Source: Callorhinchus milii
Taxonomy: Eukaryota
Assembly: GCF_018977255.1 (NCBI RefSeq)
Contig: NW_024705237.1
Span: 1 to 60,097, forward strand
Length of the DNA stretch: 60,097 nt
Reading direction: 5' to 3'
The notes under the pieces were generated by a model, which worked only from the letters and a program-made list of their open reading frames with translations, had not been told where the DNA came from and searched no databases. Each line of letters opens with the position of its first letter. Within the stretch, counting starts at the first letter, position 1. The position numbers and the translations under genes are program-made. This document shows positions 1 to 13,740 of the stretch, piece after piece.

Positions 1-3000
1 CCAGGAGCTCACGCTAGTCTCAACTGTAAATTAACCGTACCCCTGCAAGTGGTGCTGATTTTATACGCTCAGCTGGTGTGCGGTGGCCTGCCGCGTACAA
101 AGAAATATGTGATCGCCCGTCCAGTGTATATACCAGCCCGTTGCACCCGACGTCTTATTGTCTGCGTGGCTGAATTACGTCAAGTTGATGATCGATTTCC
201 GATTCGTAAACCGGGAGACCATCAGGTTGTTCATTTCTTGGACGCCTTCTGAACATCTACAATCTTTACCCAATTGAACAAAGTGAGCCATCCCGCGGGG
301 ACCCAGCATATTACGAGTCGCTTCTACACATCCAAGTACGCATCTATTTCGGCAGCGGCGATGATATAGATTTTCCAGGTGGTGTACACACCGACTAAAG
401 TCCGATTTTGAGACAGACCATCCGCGGGAAAAAGCTTACATACCCCGCTGCCGAAGCAGTTCGTATATGCCATTTAACAGCATATGAGTATTTAGAATAA
501 TTTTATTACTGGAAGCACTGTCATTATATAAAGAATCGGGGCCGTCGATAAGAGGGTGTTTTTTTCTATCTCTTGTCCTCGGATAGACTGTCACAGGCAG
601 AGGACCCCTTGGGAAAGTCACGAGTCTTGGTAGTATGGGATGTGCCTATGCAGAACACACAAACGTGTAAGGCCGTAAAAACTATGTTGAAAAAAGCGCT
701 CTCTGACCGCCCATTTTGACAGGATGAGGGGATCCGCTGTAGGATCTGGCAGGGCATGTTTACTTCGTCGCTTTTCGAAGGGCTGCCATGAGGTTAAGGT
801 GACCCTCCTCCAATAGGGTAATTTTTTTCTTGATGATCGCCTTGGGCGCTTGCAAGGTGCACCGTTAGGTGCGCCGTAAGCTTACCGCGGGTAAGCTATG
901 TAACAGAATGTAAGGACTTCAACATGGACACTCTAACTGAACTTACAACGAAGCCTTTGGTGCAGTGAGCTGTGTCTGAGGGACAGTTGGGGACAACTCC
1001 GGGTGGTGTATTCTGGCGGTGGTTACGGCCGCATAATGAGTTCGATTGCCTAGCATGACCCTTCAGGCTAGCCACTTGTAGCGTGCAAGGCGAGACCGTC
1101 GTGTCAGAGGCTCCCTAATGTACGTGTAGACTTAAGACTCTCCAGAACCGCGTTTAGTGTGGTAACGAGATCGAACCCAAATACTTCTTAGATCCTGATA
1201 GTTTACTATATCTCTAAGAAACGCTTCACCCAAAGCTACTGAACGTGTGATCTACGTTAGAACTAGGGGCATAAGCTCGGGGGAGGTAGTAACGATCAGA
1301 GCAGGTCTCATCGTCCAAATACTGAGAAACCGACTGGAAGTAGGAAACGCCGCTGGGCGAATCAGTACTCCAGGATTAAGAACTGCGCTTAAAAAGCGAC
1401 ATACAAATTAATGGATGGACGCAAAGGAATGGTGAGACATCTGTAAGTTCATCGAAAATCATGGGCAATCTCGGGTCTTGCCACGCGTTAAAGGGCTAAC
1501 GCTTGTGTCGGGTTCACCTGTGGAAACGAAACTACGCACAACCCAGACATAAGGTAGCCTAGTCGTAACGTCACTAATACGCAACACCATGAGGTCTCCA
1601 TCCCGTAGTGCATCAACGCTTGCTACTATGAATATAGAGAATTTCAACGGTAGATACATCCATTACTCTATAGCTTGGTGTGTACTGTACCCGTACGAGG
1701 GGGGTACGTCAATCGGTCCGGACATAACTTGAAAAAAACAAACTACCTACTCATTCAAGTGATTCAAGTATGAAGCGCAAATTATCGTACGCTAATTCGT
1801 GCACCAGATACTGTAACTGTGTGTTTATGATAAGCCCCCCCTATTGTAGGATCGGACTGATTCTAGTCGGGCGGTAACCTTTAATATCTGCCTATTTCGA
1901 ACCGCAGGAAGCAGCATAAGTAAGACCACCTCGTTGAATGTAAGGTCAGATGCATTGCCGTCTGTTGCTGTCCTATGTGTAGAGGCTTTTTTAGCCCCTA
2001 GGCCGGAAAGTATAAGGGTCTCTAGCTATATTCGAACACATAAGGAGGTAAACGAATAGCCCTCACTAACGGCAGCTGTCCACGTTACCCGAGGATCGCA
2101 CAGGGTGATAGAGCCGAAAAAACACAAAAAGTTTTATAATTTCCCATGGATGAACGGGCCTACGAACTCTCAGACACGTTTTTACGGCCCGAGAGAGACC
2201 CAGTATACTACCACGAACGAGGTTTGGTCAGCACCTCATCTGCTATATACATCGACCCCCGATGCAGCAGTCGATAGGCCACATAAATTCTATGAATTTT
2301 CCGGTATGCATAATATGTGCAGTCCTGTAGCAGAGCTTTAGTCCCCACGATATGGTTGTGAAGGCTACATCGCCTCCGCCTACACACACGAAAAGGCTGA
2401 TACCAGAAGACTACCGTTTAGAGGTCATTTATTCTGACGCGTCTGGCTTTCATTTACACACTGCCCTATATCATATTGCAACGCCATAAAGTGGCAAATT
2501 TTCGTGTGTCAACATGGAAGAATTGCCAAATCGCCATGTGATTAGCATCCTTAGATAGGAGTTAGATGACTATGACGAATCAACGGCCCTAAGGCCCAAC
2601 TGCCCTACACCGTGACTGGCGGCCGGGCCCTCGGCTAAATAAAACGGTATAATAAGAAGAACACGCTGCTGCGGTCAGATGAGAACTGATTGTGTCAGAC
2701 GCACTCCCTTGCAACCTTGAGACATCGGATGGCATTGAAATCCATAAACTAGCGTAAACGTATCCCATAATGGTTGGGCGTCAGCGCCAGTGTGGCGGTT
2801 TTCACTACAAGTTGTATCAGAACATGGTGTAGGCCGATGCTCTACCACTGTCTATCTGGCAAGCGGCCCGCCCTTAAGGACTGTGCACGCGACACAACCT
2901 CGGTTAGTGTTGTCCCAGTATATTTATCTCCCACTTTTTAGATATTGTCAGGCTCAAATGTAGACAACAATTTTAGGATTTAGCGTTCACCAGTTGTACA

Positions 3001-6000
3001 CCACCTCGTTAATTAACGTTTTCCTAGTGTCAGTCTTAACTTCTAACGCATCGGGCGGTGCCCATGTGTGACTTGCCGGACTTGTTCTCAGTGGCCGCGA
3101 AAGACACTCTTCACACCCCGAGGAGGGATTCTACTATACGATATGGCAAATGCGTCATGATCGACGCACACGTCTGTCCTCGCCGTCCGTGTTGACAGAG
3201 ATAGGAAACGTTTAGTGACTAGCTATGACTCTAAGCGCATATGTCCACCTGCTCACATTCTAGCGCTTCCGAAGTTTTGGGCGCGTGGCACCTGTCGTCG
3301 GGTTCCTACTGTTTGAAGGGACTCGGGGAAGTAGGCCTTATCCGCGGCGCGCACTCTCGCCTACCTGGCGAAATACTAAGAGAGGATCTCCTTCCCGCCG
3401 TTATAAGAAAGTCGCGTGTTCCCCGCGGGGGATAGTCTTCTTGACGCCAGTCCCATCAAGAATTTTAAGTTAGGAGGGCTTCTTCCTTCATGCGGACTCG
3501 TAAGGTCTTGGTACGGTAGTAATGCACCACCAGAGAGATTTCCTTAGCAAAGCAGCGGGGATGATGTGGAAACGGCGCTATGGGGTGTTTCCTCTAGAAG
3601 CGCAGAAACGCCATTAAGCGTACGAACGAAAGAAGTGTGTATAAGAACATGGTCCGAACCTGCTGCTTTACAAGTTGGGCGATTGCCTCCTAGAATCAGA
3701 ACGTCGGCAAGGCCTCATCAGTGTTAGTATTTATGTACAATAATCATAAGGACCCGGACCATATACGCAATTTATATTATTTTCACATTTCACGACAATC
3801 CGACTGTGGCGTGATGACCCATCGGTGGTTCACTAAACATGGCGTGGGAGGCTAATGTCGAGGCTCCAATTTGGCCCGCGACGTCTAGACGGCCACTAGG
3901 AGCCGAAGCTGGAATAGAAACAAGTAATCTTTGAGTCGGAAAATTTATGTGCCGGAGAGTGCATATGGCGCAGACCCCGCTAGAATGCACAAGCGGACTT
4001 CGAGCTTCTGCCACATAGTTCGCAGCAACGGCTGCAGGTGCTTACAATCGAATGAACACGGAAACGTAAAGGGCGTAGCAAGATACCTATCGCCTGTGGC
4101 CGGTACAGTGATTAACGGGTAGCCGTTCTAGTCCTAGCCACATCCGAGCAGCAGACAAACGATCACCGTTACTGTATACTTGAACCCGCAGAACACGTGT
4201 CGGCGCCAAGCGATCCTTTGAGGCGCGTCAACAAACGCCCCCTGGAAAGCGGTCTTTGATACCTGGCCACTTGGTTACCCCAATAAAGAGTGAGTACTTT
4301 GGTTGAACATAAAACGAAAGCTGAACCTGTAGGAGCATCAAGACTAGAGGGATCACTAGCCTCTCCACATAGAAAGAGGTTCGCCACGCACTCTCACCCT
4401 ACTGCATTCAAAACGTATCCATGAAAGGGGGAGATTTACCAAGAGGTGCAACCCTCTGTAACCACCCAACATTATGTGCCCAGAAAGATGTTATCCCGGG
4501 AAGGAGTGGGGGCACCGAGCGCTATGTGTTTGAGTGCGTCCGTGCCACCGGCTTTTTACTTAGCGAAGAGCGGTGCCGGTACCAGTGACGCATCGTGGTG
4601 TACTTCAAGAGATGGAGTTACATGTCTTCCGTCCAGCCACTAGGTAAAGGACCGGCCCAACGAGGGCGGATTTGATGACTTCCTGCCTGATTGGGCCGTA
4701 TGGGAGCTGCAAAACGGGAACTCTAGTTCGGGAGGAATTCGCGCAACAACCTCCCAATGGGAGGTTTCACTGCCTTGGTTGACGTGGACAGTCAAATGTG
4801 ACTCCATATCTTTACCACGGCTCAAGAGATATACAACCTCAGCAGAGCCACGCCCGCTAGGTGCAGAAGAACCCACAGTTATCTAGGTCGAACCTAACTA
4901 TGTGAGAAAATATATTTCGGTTTCTCCTTATTATCGACCGGATTGCAGCCACAAGGTGGCTGTTCCTTGACGAGTATCGAGTAGGGTTATCTTCCTAGCC
5001 TGGGAGGTCGCTGCCCGGTAAACGGGTTATGACATAAATGGGACTTGCCGTCACCGATATCCTTGCTACTGATGGGCTTGGACTCTTTGATAGTCCCCAT
5101 TACGGAGATTAACGAACATTAGAAAAGCTAGAAGAATTATTATGAGCCGGAACCTCAGCGATGTGAGACACTTCACACCCGTTACTGTACCAAGAAACGT
5201 GTCAAAACGCCTTAGCGACGGGAGGGAACCGACACTACTAGGCCAAGTGCGGATGACCCACCTTTATTCTTTTCCGGACAGGGTTCTACCCCCAGCTCAC
5301 GGCGGATTGCGCAGGTCTGCACCTTTGCGAGCCCATTGCGAATCATAAGCGATCGACCAAAGGTCCTTCTAGAACTTCTGTAAAGCATATTCTCTTTCCA
5401 ATCGCGTCTATAGCCGGAATCTCTTATATATAAGACACTTCCTCTCCGCCCGGTGCCTCCTATATTCTCCTATGTTGTTCATTCTATGCTTTCCATACAC
5501 AGCAGGGACGTTGAGCGTAGGGATAGCAATGGAGGACGCGTGCTATAGCGAAGAACACCTCTGAAGAACTGTGATTGAGCACCCTTCGCGAATGGGCGGC
5601 CAGCCTTCTACACTTCAGATCTCCATTGTGCGGCAGGCATCTCCTGTTTTTAAAATCAATGCGTGACGCTACGATCGCGGTCTACCACCGGTCTAAGCCA
5701 GGGACATACCGTATGAGCTTCAGCGGGGTGTTCGACAGAACAAGGCTGTATTTATTTGGGCAACTCAGACGCAGTAGCTTAAGTGATAGACCTAGTTCTG
5801 GACTTTGCGTATGCCAGCAGTGAGTCCAGTCAGTAAGTCGTAGAAACTGGAGGACATCCAAATCAACTACAAGAAGGGACTTGAGCTGAACTTATCAGGG
5901 GGCTGATCCGATTGACAGGGCGGTGCTCGTACCTGGAAAGTTTCACTCCCAGAGTGAGCGAAACGTCCCATCGCGAGTAAACAGGATGCTCATGTAGCCG

Positions 6001-9000
6001 TCCCTCTTATCTTCACTGCTAGGTGATACGATATGGCGTCGTAATACTCCGGCAGAAGCGAATAGACCCTGGTATTTGTTGCAAATCACCAGGGCCAAAT
6101 TTATATTGGCGCCCTCCACGTGATTCGAAATGCCGCCAAAAGGAGAAACAACCGACCACCCGTAACTTACTATATTCGTAGACGACGGCGGTCCCCGATG
6201 ATCCTATCGCCGGTATGCCTAGCGACGGGAAGCATATTCTAACGCGCACTGCGTATGAGAAATTTGACGTTCACTAACACCATGGACTCGTCTTTCCGAA
6301 CGGGGAAACGACCGTGTCTCGAGACAGGGCCTCAGTGGGGCCCTCGGAAGAACCCCCCAGCCTAGGGGTCGTGAGATACCTAAAAAAGTTGTTGCTCCAG
6401 TGTCGCAGTTGGACAGTTAGGTCCATCGCTTTCTCTTATGACTCTCGATGAATGGCGCCACTGATTGTTTGCCCGCAGAGTTCCTGATAGAGAGAATGCT
6501 AAGGACTCGCGAGCATCCGGGGGACCCGGTAGAGATTGTTTTCGCGCCTATTCTATGAGGGATGAACATTTGGGACCTCCCTAATCCTGTGGTTCACCCA
6601 TAAATTTAACCTAATTACTACTATCGGTGGATAGGGAATATCCAACTACGGCATCGGTGTTAACCCAAGCATCAGTTACTACGCTTGAGGACCCATATTA
6701 TTGCCTGCCGAACGAAGTCTCGCCTTTAAGCTCCTCCGTGAGTCTGGCTTTTGGTAAATGGCTGCATAATCCGGGCAGCATTTGTCACAGTCATTAAACC
6801 GGGACATCACGCTAAAGCCTATCTCTGCTTCATTTATAGGACCATTAGGGTAGTGCATATCTTAGGTGGCTATCTTATGACCCTATATACAGCCTGGAGT
6901 ATTGCGTCTGTTCATCGGCATGCCTCTTCGGCGTCGGTACCGTATCAGGAGTTAGGAAGATAGCGATGAGACAAGACTATTCGCCATACGGCCCGAGACA
7001 GTCTATCTCTGACTGAAATCTTCGCGAACTCCGGACGACCGATTTTGCCGCGCACCTATTGAGCCGTCTCGCTAGCTAAGTTTACTATATGCCGACAGTA
7101 GTGTCGGCGCGATAATAGCGGAAAGGATGACGCCAGGTGCGGGGTGCGAAAGCCACTGATAAAAGCATAATAATCCCATAGACGCGTGCTTGCCTAACAC
7201 TACACCTAAACATCGATCCGCAGTCGCATACACGTTCTCTAACGATTAGCATCGCTATGCCCCATAGTGAAGCAGGTTGGGGAACGAGGCGAAGCCTTCC
7301 TGTTTAGGTACTACTTACACAGTAAGTGTATGTGTCAAAGAGGCATACTCTCTGTTTGATACAAGCACGGTATTAGAACAGCATGTGAAGAACACACCTA
7401 TGCATACGATGCTGACCGGACAGCGGGTATCGACATTGCCCCCCCCATTTACCTGGCGGGAATATTTGGGCGCAAGTGAGAAATGTGGTCCATGCCTTCG
7501 ATGTAGAGGCACCCAAAGAACGACCATCGAATACGCGCAGCTCGGGTTGATTTCCAGGTAAGTACATCCCGCAACAGAGCTAACAGGGATGTGACATTCA
7601 CACGCTAAGAGTGGCGATTCGTATGGACAAACTATATACATTCTGTGAATACGCGCTTGTTAGACTAATATTTCTTACTCGAGCTTGGCGGGAGGTGTCC
7701 GTTAGGCCGGCAACAGCTCTGTCTAACTTAGAGCCCAATTTTGATTGGCTCCCATGCACCGCTATTAGTCTGTCTGACCGACGAGCCGGATTACACGGAA
7801 AGGTATAGACGAGGAGGTTACCAAAATAAGTAGAACCAAGACATCACCTACTACTTACTTGCTTGGGTTGAAGAACTAGGTGCCTAAGCTCCGCTCAATC
7901 AGGGCTGCGAGAATAGGCCACAACCATCCCGGATCGAAGCAATGATGGGCTCCATCTAACCTACCTTGCGTTCAGGAGCGTGAAAAGGAGCGATACAATT
8001 GTTTGGATTTGCTCCATTAAGGGGGCCGTGAAAGATATTAGTCGGCATCAGAAATACATTTTTTCGTATGCTATCTCATGACCATCGTCTGGGAGGGGTG
8101 CGAAAGTCGAAGTACTACAAGAGTCGAGTACTACTGGGGTTTAGACGTATCAAGCGCTTAGAGCCCGCGTTCTTTAAGAGGCAGTTTCTCGACATTGGGG
8201 GGCGTTGTCGCAGAACCTGTAGCTCCAATTACTATATAGGGGCGGACTTTACTGAAACAGGCCAGAACGAAATCCGGAGCTAAGGAGGGCGTATATTTAG
8301 TGCCGGCCCAATGCCGTCCCAGCATGCCTTCTGTCGAGCTGTCCGGCGTGATGAATCCTATTATTTAAAGCGAACTTTGCATGGGGTGACATGTAGAGAT
8401 CGACGAGTATATAGTTGCTCTACTCCGGGCTACATGTTCTGACTGCGTTCTAAGGATATTGCACGCCCCAATCCAAACCCTCAGGTTGACCTCCAAATTA
8501 GTTGGTGGCATAGCCTATGGACAGTTTTGTTGAGTTGTTATGACGACCGTGTATCTAGCGACGCGTTTCCCGGTCTAACAGAGGAATTCTGACCTTTTCT
8601 TGGGCATGCTAACGCTTTAAGCTAATGTGGGTAAAGAGGTGTGGCAAGGGACGCCGGGGAAAGAAGAGAAGCGTAATTTCTCAACCGATCCGATGTCGCT
8701 AAGTCCCACCTTAAAGTCCGCGGAGTGTCTGGTAGGGGCAGCGCAGACGATCTTTCCTCTCACTCGACTTTAAATAAAGGCTGTCCCATATGGGCCCGCG
8801 CAAAAGGTACCTTGATGGCGTACTTCGCAGGTCGGTTGGCACGACTTTCTATTTGGTCTCGTTACTGATACAGGGTAAGAGGGATTGAATACCGTCCAGG
8901 ATACAGGGCGGTCTGTAAAACTTCGCCTCTCTTCTTGTGATTTGGGGCCGGTAATTCTACGCTGGTATAATAGGGCTACACATCCTCAAAGGTTCACAAA

Positions 9001-11570
9001 GATTCGAGGTGTATGCTACCGGAGCAAATAGTACTTTACCCTCGCTTATACTGGTTTACTCATTTGCGCATGCGGGCTACAGCGGCTGAGGCGTTAATCG
9101 CAAAGGAGCCGCGCAAGTATTTGCTGAGGAAGTGATATGAATTACTGTTTCGCTCTTTACCGCCTATTACGTTAACTTCGATGTACAATTGCGCGAGGGT
9201 TAAATCGGTGAGTGCTAGAGTTACCCCCTTACTATGCAAGTACTGGTAAACACCTCTTGAGTATAACGGCGTCGATCCACGTCCGGAATCGCCTCCATAA
9301 ACACCTCTTTTAAAAGTGTTCAAACACATGGCCGGAGCGGCATGTTTAAATTTGTGTGGAATGGATGTCTCCGGGAGACGATCACTGGAGATCGAGACGG
9401 GGTCCAGGCCAAAGTACAAATCCTAACCCTCCGGTAGTCGAACCCTAAAAGCACAATATTTAAAGCATATCATTGACATGCAGACTTATCCGCCGGCAAC
9501 GATTTGTGCGTAGGTTGTTAGCAATGCTATCCGGCTACCTTCCTAGGCGGACTTATGTTGCGTCACATCAATAGAAGCGCTAACGACGTGGTAAGATGGT
9601 ATTAACCTTGCAGTCCTCCGGCATACAATAAGACGGACGTGCTTCTTCAGTTAGGGGAATATAAGGGTTATTGAACAAACGGGGATCGCCCCGGTACGTA
9701 ATCGGGAGTTTCAGCGTATATACGTAAAGAGGAAGGTATGACTGGTACTGCCGATGCCTAATTGACGAAAATCAGATGGAAGAGAGGTCAGGACACTATG
9801 CCCGGTTATTTGGTGTTCTCTTAGCGACCCCTAACAGCCTAACGTAGTCGCTTCGGGAGGTTTGGTCGACCACGCGTTAGTACTACGTGCTCCGAACTTT
9901 ATCATCATAATGGATATGGGGTGGGATGGGAAGGCTGCCTGCCTTTTCGAAATGCTAACGGGCGACAAGCTCATTATTGATTTTAGGTTAATAGACATGG
10001 TTGTCGCAGGACATACAACACATGAACCGACGCTGAATATGGGTTGTTGTAGAAAATTATAACGATTTACTGACTACGCGCCACCCGGATATCTATCCGA
10101 TAAGGGAAACATCAGCGTTTGGTACCCTACTCTAATTCAGATGGTACGATACTGAGTTCGACATTGACGTCAATTTAGTTTCCACCACATAGTAGCCACG
10201 CGCTACTATCTGATGCTGAGCAAAGTTATTCAAAGACACTGTCGCAGCCCGACCGTTATGAATGTTCGTACATAGCTTAGTTAACAGGCGAGGGTTTTAG
10301 GGGGCAGGTTGCGAAATGTAGTATGCTTTAGAAAGAGACCGGACATATGCTAGATGATTAGCCCCGATAATTGCAGGTCCAGTTCACGGGGTTAAAGGCA
10401 AGAAGCGAGAAACTTCGCCTACCTCACAACATAAACGCTTAGTATTGCCAGAAAGTGGTAGGTTGGTTTTACTCGCTGTTGGGGCAGGATAGTCATAGCC
10501 GTACTAAAATGATACGAGTGATGTTGAGAGGAAAATCTCCAAAATTAGTTCGCCAAACGGTATGCTTTGGTGCACAAGGTGTACAGCGCATTAATACGAG
10601 GATGGCCAGGGCGTGGAAACGTTGTCTAATGTAGTGATTGTTGGAGCGCCGCGAATCGATACCAAAGGGTTTACCGCGGAGAAGTTTTAGTGCCCCTCGA
10701 TTTCATTCAATATAGTTGTAAACGCCGCGCTAAGGACAAAAGGGAGCGATCGCTACTGATCAACCGTTGATAGGATGACCCCGCGTAGTTTTAGGGTTTT
10801 TCAGAAATAGCCCCGATCGGATCCCTACGGCTTAATAGGGTCCAACCATTCCGTCGCGACCTGAACTAAACCATTACTAGACTTCACTATCATGGGAAGT
10901 CAAACCCTGATCATGTTTTATTTATCGGAGATTAGCACTCCAATACCACTATCGTCCTGGGTCACCGGCCAGTATGTGCCCAAGTATTATAATCTCAAAA
11001 CCTGATAGACGCGCGTGCAGTGCCACGTTGGTTGATGCAAGTTAGAGTGGGAGGCATACTCCCAACCCGGCCCTAAACTCAACTATTCCGGAGAAGCGTC
11101 TCAGCCCTTAGGATAGGGGCTGGCGGAACAAAGCTAGAGAGGAGTTCACGTTCGCCTCAATGGGTGCTCGATTGTGCGCAGCTATATGCAAACCTCTTGC
11201 GAGGGTTAGCGTCCGTAGTTACTTCGAACAACTTGCGATGTCGGTGACCCAGCTACGTGTTGGGTACCGTTAAATGTGTAAGAGTCCTCCCTTTACCAGG
11301 GAGCTCGAAGATTACTGAAAAAGTATCCGAGATGGCATATTTATTGAATATGTACTTGCGGAGCCTCTAAATTTGTGTAGCCGAATTCTATTCTTAATTA
11401 CCAGGTTGCCGAACTAGGGCGTACCATGGGTGAATGTGTCCATGATGAACCGTACACGAGGGGGCGTACTGATAAGACCCAGAAGGGCAACACGAGTTGA
11501 GAGTTGTCGACACGACCTTAATGATTGATTATCTGGTCCCGTTTGTAATACATCATCACTGGGGAGACAA
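1..11570. other. Random-like, featureless sequence (probable synthetic or shuffled padding)
   Basis: Near-uniform base composition, frequent CpG and TAG/CTA, no SINE/LINE copies or microsatellites, longest ORF 119 aa. Abrupt switch to repeat-rich DNA at ~11,580; exact junction not determinable. Confidence 0.75.
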
Positions 11571-11584
11571 CTTCAATTGAACAA

Positions 11585-11822
11585 TTTTTTATTTTCCAGG
11601 TAAAGCTCACTGAACTATATATAACTCTATTTCAGAAGCGACGTGGCTATCACAAATTAAGTGACTTATGTGTAAAATATACAGCAACCGAACTAACTCT
11701 AAACGCACGTTTCTAAATGTGGAGGAGAAGCCGGAGGACCCTTCGATAAATCCACCCGATCACGGGAATCGATACCACGACCTCTTGCATACCAGGCGAG
11801 GTAGTTAACATCCCACCACGGT
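11585..11822 (-). mobile_element. V-SINE-like tRNA-derived SINE (family A), internally deleted copy
   Basis: Matches the other family A copies: head GGTGG..GATGTTAACTACCTCGCCTGGTATGCA and tail ..TTACCTGGAAAATAAAAAA. Confidence 0.8.
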
Positions 11823-11996
11823 GGTGGGGTGTTGGCTTCCAGCGAGAGCCCCACAGGGAGATTCACATCCTGCACGGATACTCGTTCTGTGTAAGAGACA
11901 ATGTGCTCCATTTTCAAACACTCCCAATCCCAAAAGTCCGCCAAATGTAAATGCATTTTAATGATCAACTTCGGCCATTTGAATGTCAACTAATAT

Positions 11997-12320
11997 AACA
12001 AGTATAACCCGTAAAAACAAAGTTTTTCACTATAAATCCTTTATATGCGTGGCGGCTAGAGTCCTCTGGCTTGAGATGGCTGCCACCTATGGGTCAGATG
12101 ATTGCATTGCACCATTAAGCAATTGGTAATTAAATATCATATTTTTGTCCTAAAAAGTGTAAAATTTTGGAAAAAATTTTTCACGAACATTAATTGTCAC
12201 GCACAACGAGTCTGTGTGGAAAATGTCAGCTCGATTGGATCACGGGAAGTGGGTTAAAAAACGACCGAAAGATTTGCACTGTCGTAAGCAAGCAAGCGAA
12301 CTTAATATAAAGGATTTAAA
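11997..12320 (+). mobile_element. Non-autonomous Helentron/HINE (DINE-1/Lep1-like) element
   Basis: Starts AACAAGT. Perfect 13-bp inverted repeat AAATCCTTTATAT (12034-12046) / ATATAAAGGATTT (12305-12317). Contains the CAGCTCGATTGGATCACGGGAAGTGGGT motif and a short (GCAA)n tract, the layout of this class. Confidence 0.5.
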
Positions 12321-12649
12321 AATGGTACCTTTTTGCCGGGTGTATTAGCAATACAATATGCACCGTCTGCTATACACGGGTCGTTCAAGATCCTGTGGTG
12401 TCATTCGCAAACGTTATAATGGCTGTGTTGGGGACACTGACCGAGTATTGCTTAGACCTGTGTTCGAATCCTGGTTTTAATCGGTCTTGATTAAAGTGAG
12501 TTGGTCTCAGACTGATGACCAATGAGTGCACCATACACTAAATGTAAAATGTTTTTTTCATCATCAACAATTGCCCTACATTTTTTAAATAAAACTGCGA
12601 GATTTGAAATCGGACATGGGTTTGATGACATGAAATAATAGCCTTAATG

Positions 12650-13163
12650 ATACTGTACACATGATGCATGTATTAAAGCATTTTATAAATAAAAATTACT
12701 TTGAATGACAATGACATAAAAATATAAAGAAGTTATGTACTCACTAGTGTAACTAACCGGACGCTCTCCTACCTCCGCACATCGTATAACCTTATTTTTT
12801 ACATCCATACTGATGCCTTTCCTTTGTTTAGCCACATTACCAGAACTATCACTTGCAGGCCTTTTTCCCCAGACATTGTGGGTCAAAATTGCAATCAGGA
12901 TGAAGCAACAAAACTGTTACCAAAGGTCAAATAACCAAACACACGTTCCACGGGAAGCGTTCAAGGCTGGCGGGCAGAGGCGGGAGCGCTGGTTGGCTCA
13001 GCACCACTGAGCGTGCGCTTCTCTTTCACTGATTGAGCGAGCGGCTCGGAGAAGGCAGGGAGTGTTGCATGCCGCGTGTTCTCGCGCAGGAATTTTGAAT
13101 CGTTCAGGAATTTTCCTCCAGGACAGAGCCTCGTAAGGAAATGGTGTTATAAGAGGCAGCCTG
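12650..13163 (-). mobile_element. Tigger/pogo-like DNA transposon fragment (5' end plus transposase N-terminus)
   Basis: ORF 12683-12886 (KRPASDSSGNVAKQRKGISMDVKNKVIRCAEVGE) resembles the CENP-B-type HTH start of Tigger transposases. Terminus CAGGCTGCCTCTTATAAC at 13163. Confidence 0.6.
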
Positions 13164-13349
13164 TCCATACGATAAAAATGTTTTTTTTATCATAATGGTA
13201 CTATGTAAATGTTTTCATCCTAATCATACTGCTGTTGGTGTCGTGAAATACGTGTGTTAATTTTCCTGTCATTTTACTCTAAACTTGAGATAAAACTATG
13301 TGAGCCCCTGTGCACGTGCCACTTTTCTGTGACCATGCCAGTGAGATGG

Positions 13350-13570
13350 CCAACTGTTGCCAGCAACGCATCAAACATGAGCAACTATGGTAACTCTATG
13401 CAATAGCGTAGAGCAGCAGGGTTCTGTGTAGCCGAGGCAAATGGAGATTGGTAAAAAGGTGTTGACTACCTGGGATTGGTCTAAGAGTACACAGTGTTGG
13501 GTGGTCACATGATCTCTGATTGTAAATTTCTATCCCAGTTGCTCACTAAGGACGAGCAACTATTGGACGT
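13350..13570 (+). promoter_or_regulatory. Candidate promoter of the PLA2-like gene
   Basis: RFX X-box-like GTTGCCAGCAAC (13356-13367) and GCAACTATGGTAAC (13381-13394). Inverted CCAAT (ATTGG) at 13447, 13475 and 13562. E-box GTCACATGA at 13504-13512. No clear TATA. Confidence 0.4.
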
Positions 13571-13740
13571 GTCGTTCCTTGTAAAATCGAAAATGGTGTG
13601 GCAACAACTTCAAAATTATCTGCGTATACCAGGGTGTGCGGCTGCCATTTGAGCCAACTGGAATATAATTGGGAATAAAATAAAGCACTCCAATGACTTA
13701 GACCTAACCACTCTGTGGCCGCTTCTCTCTCTCTCTCCAG

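Noticed and set aside
879-897. Small hairpin AGCTTACC-GCG-GGTAAGCT
   Set aside because: One 8-bp stem in 11 kb is expected by chance; no U-tract or gene context.
49-10062. Short ORFs in the first 11 kb
   Set aside because: Lengths fit chance expectation, with no motifs, codon bias or splice context.
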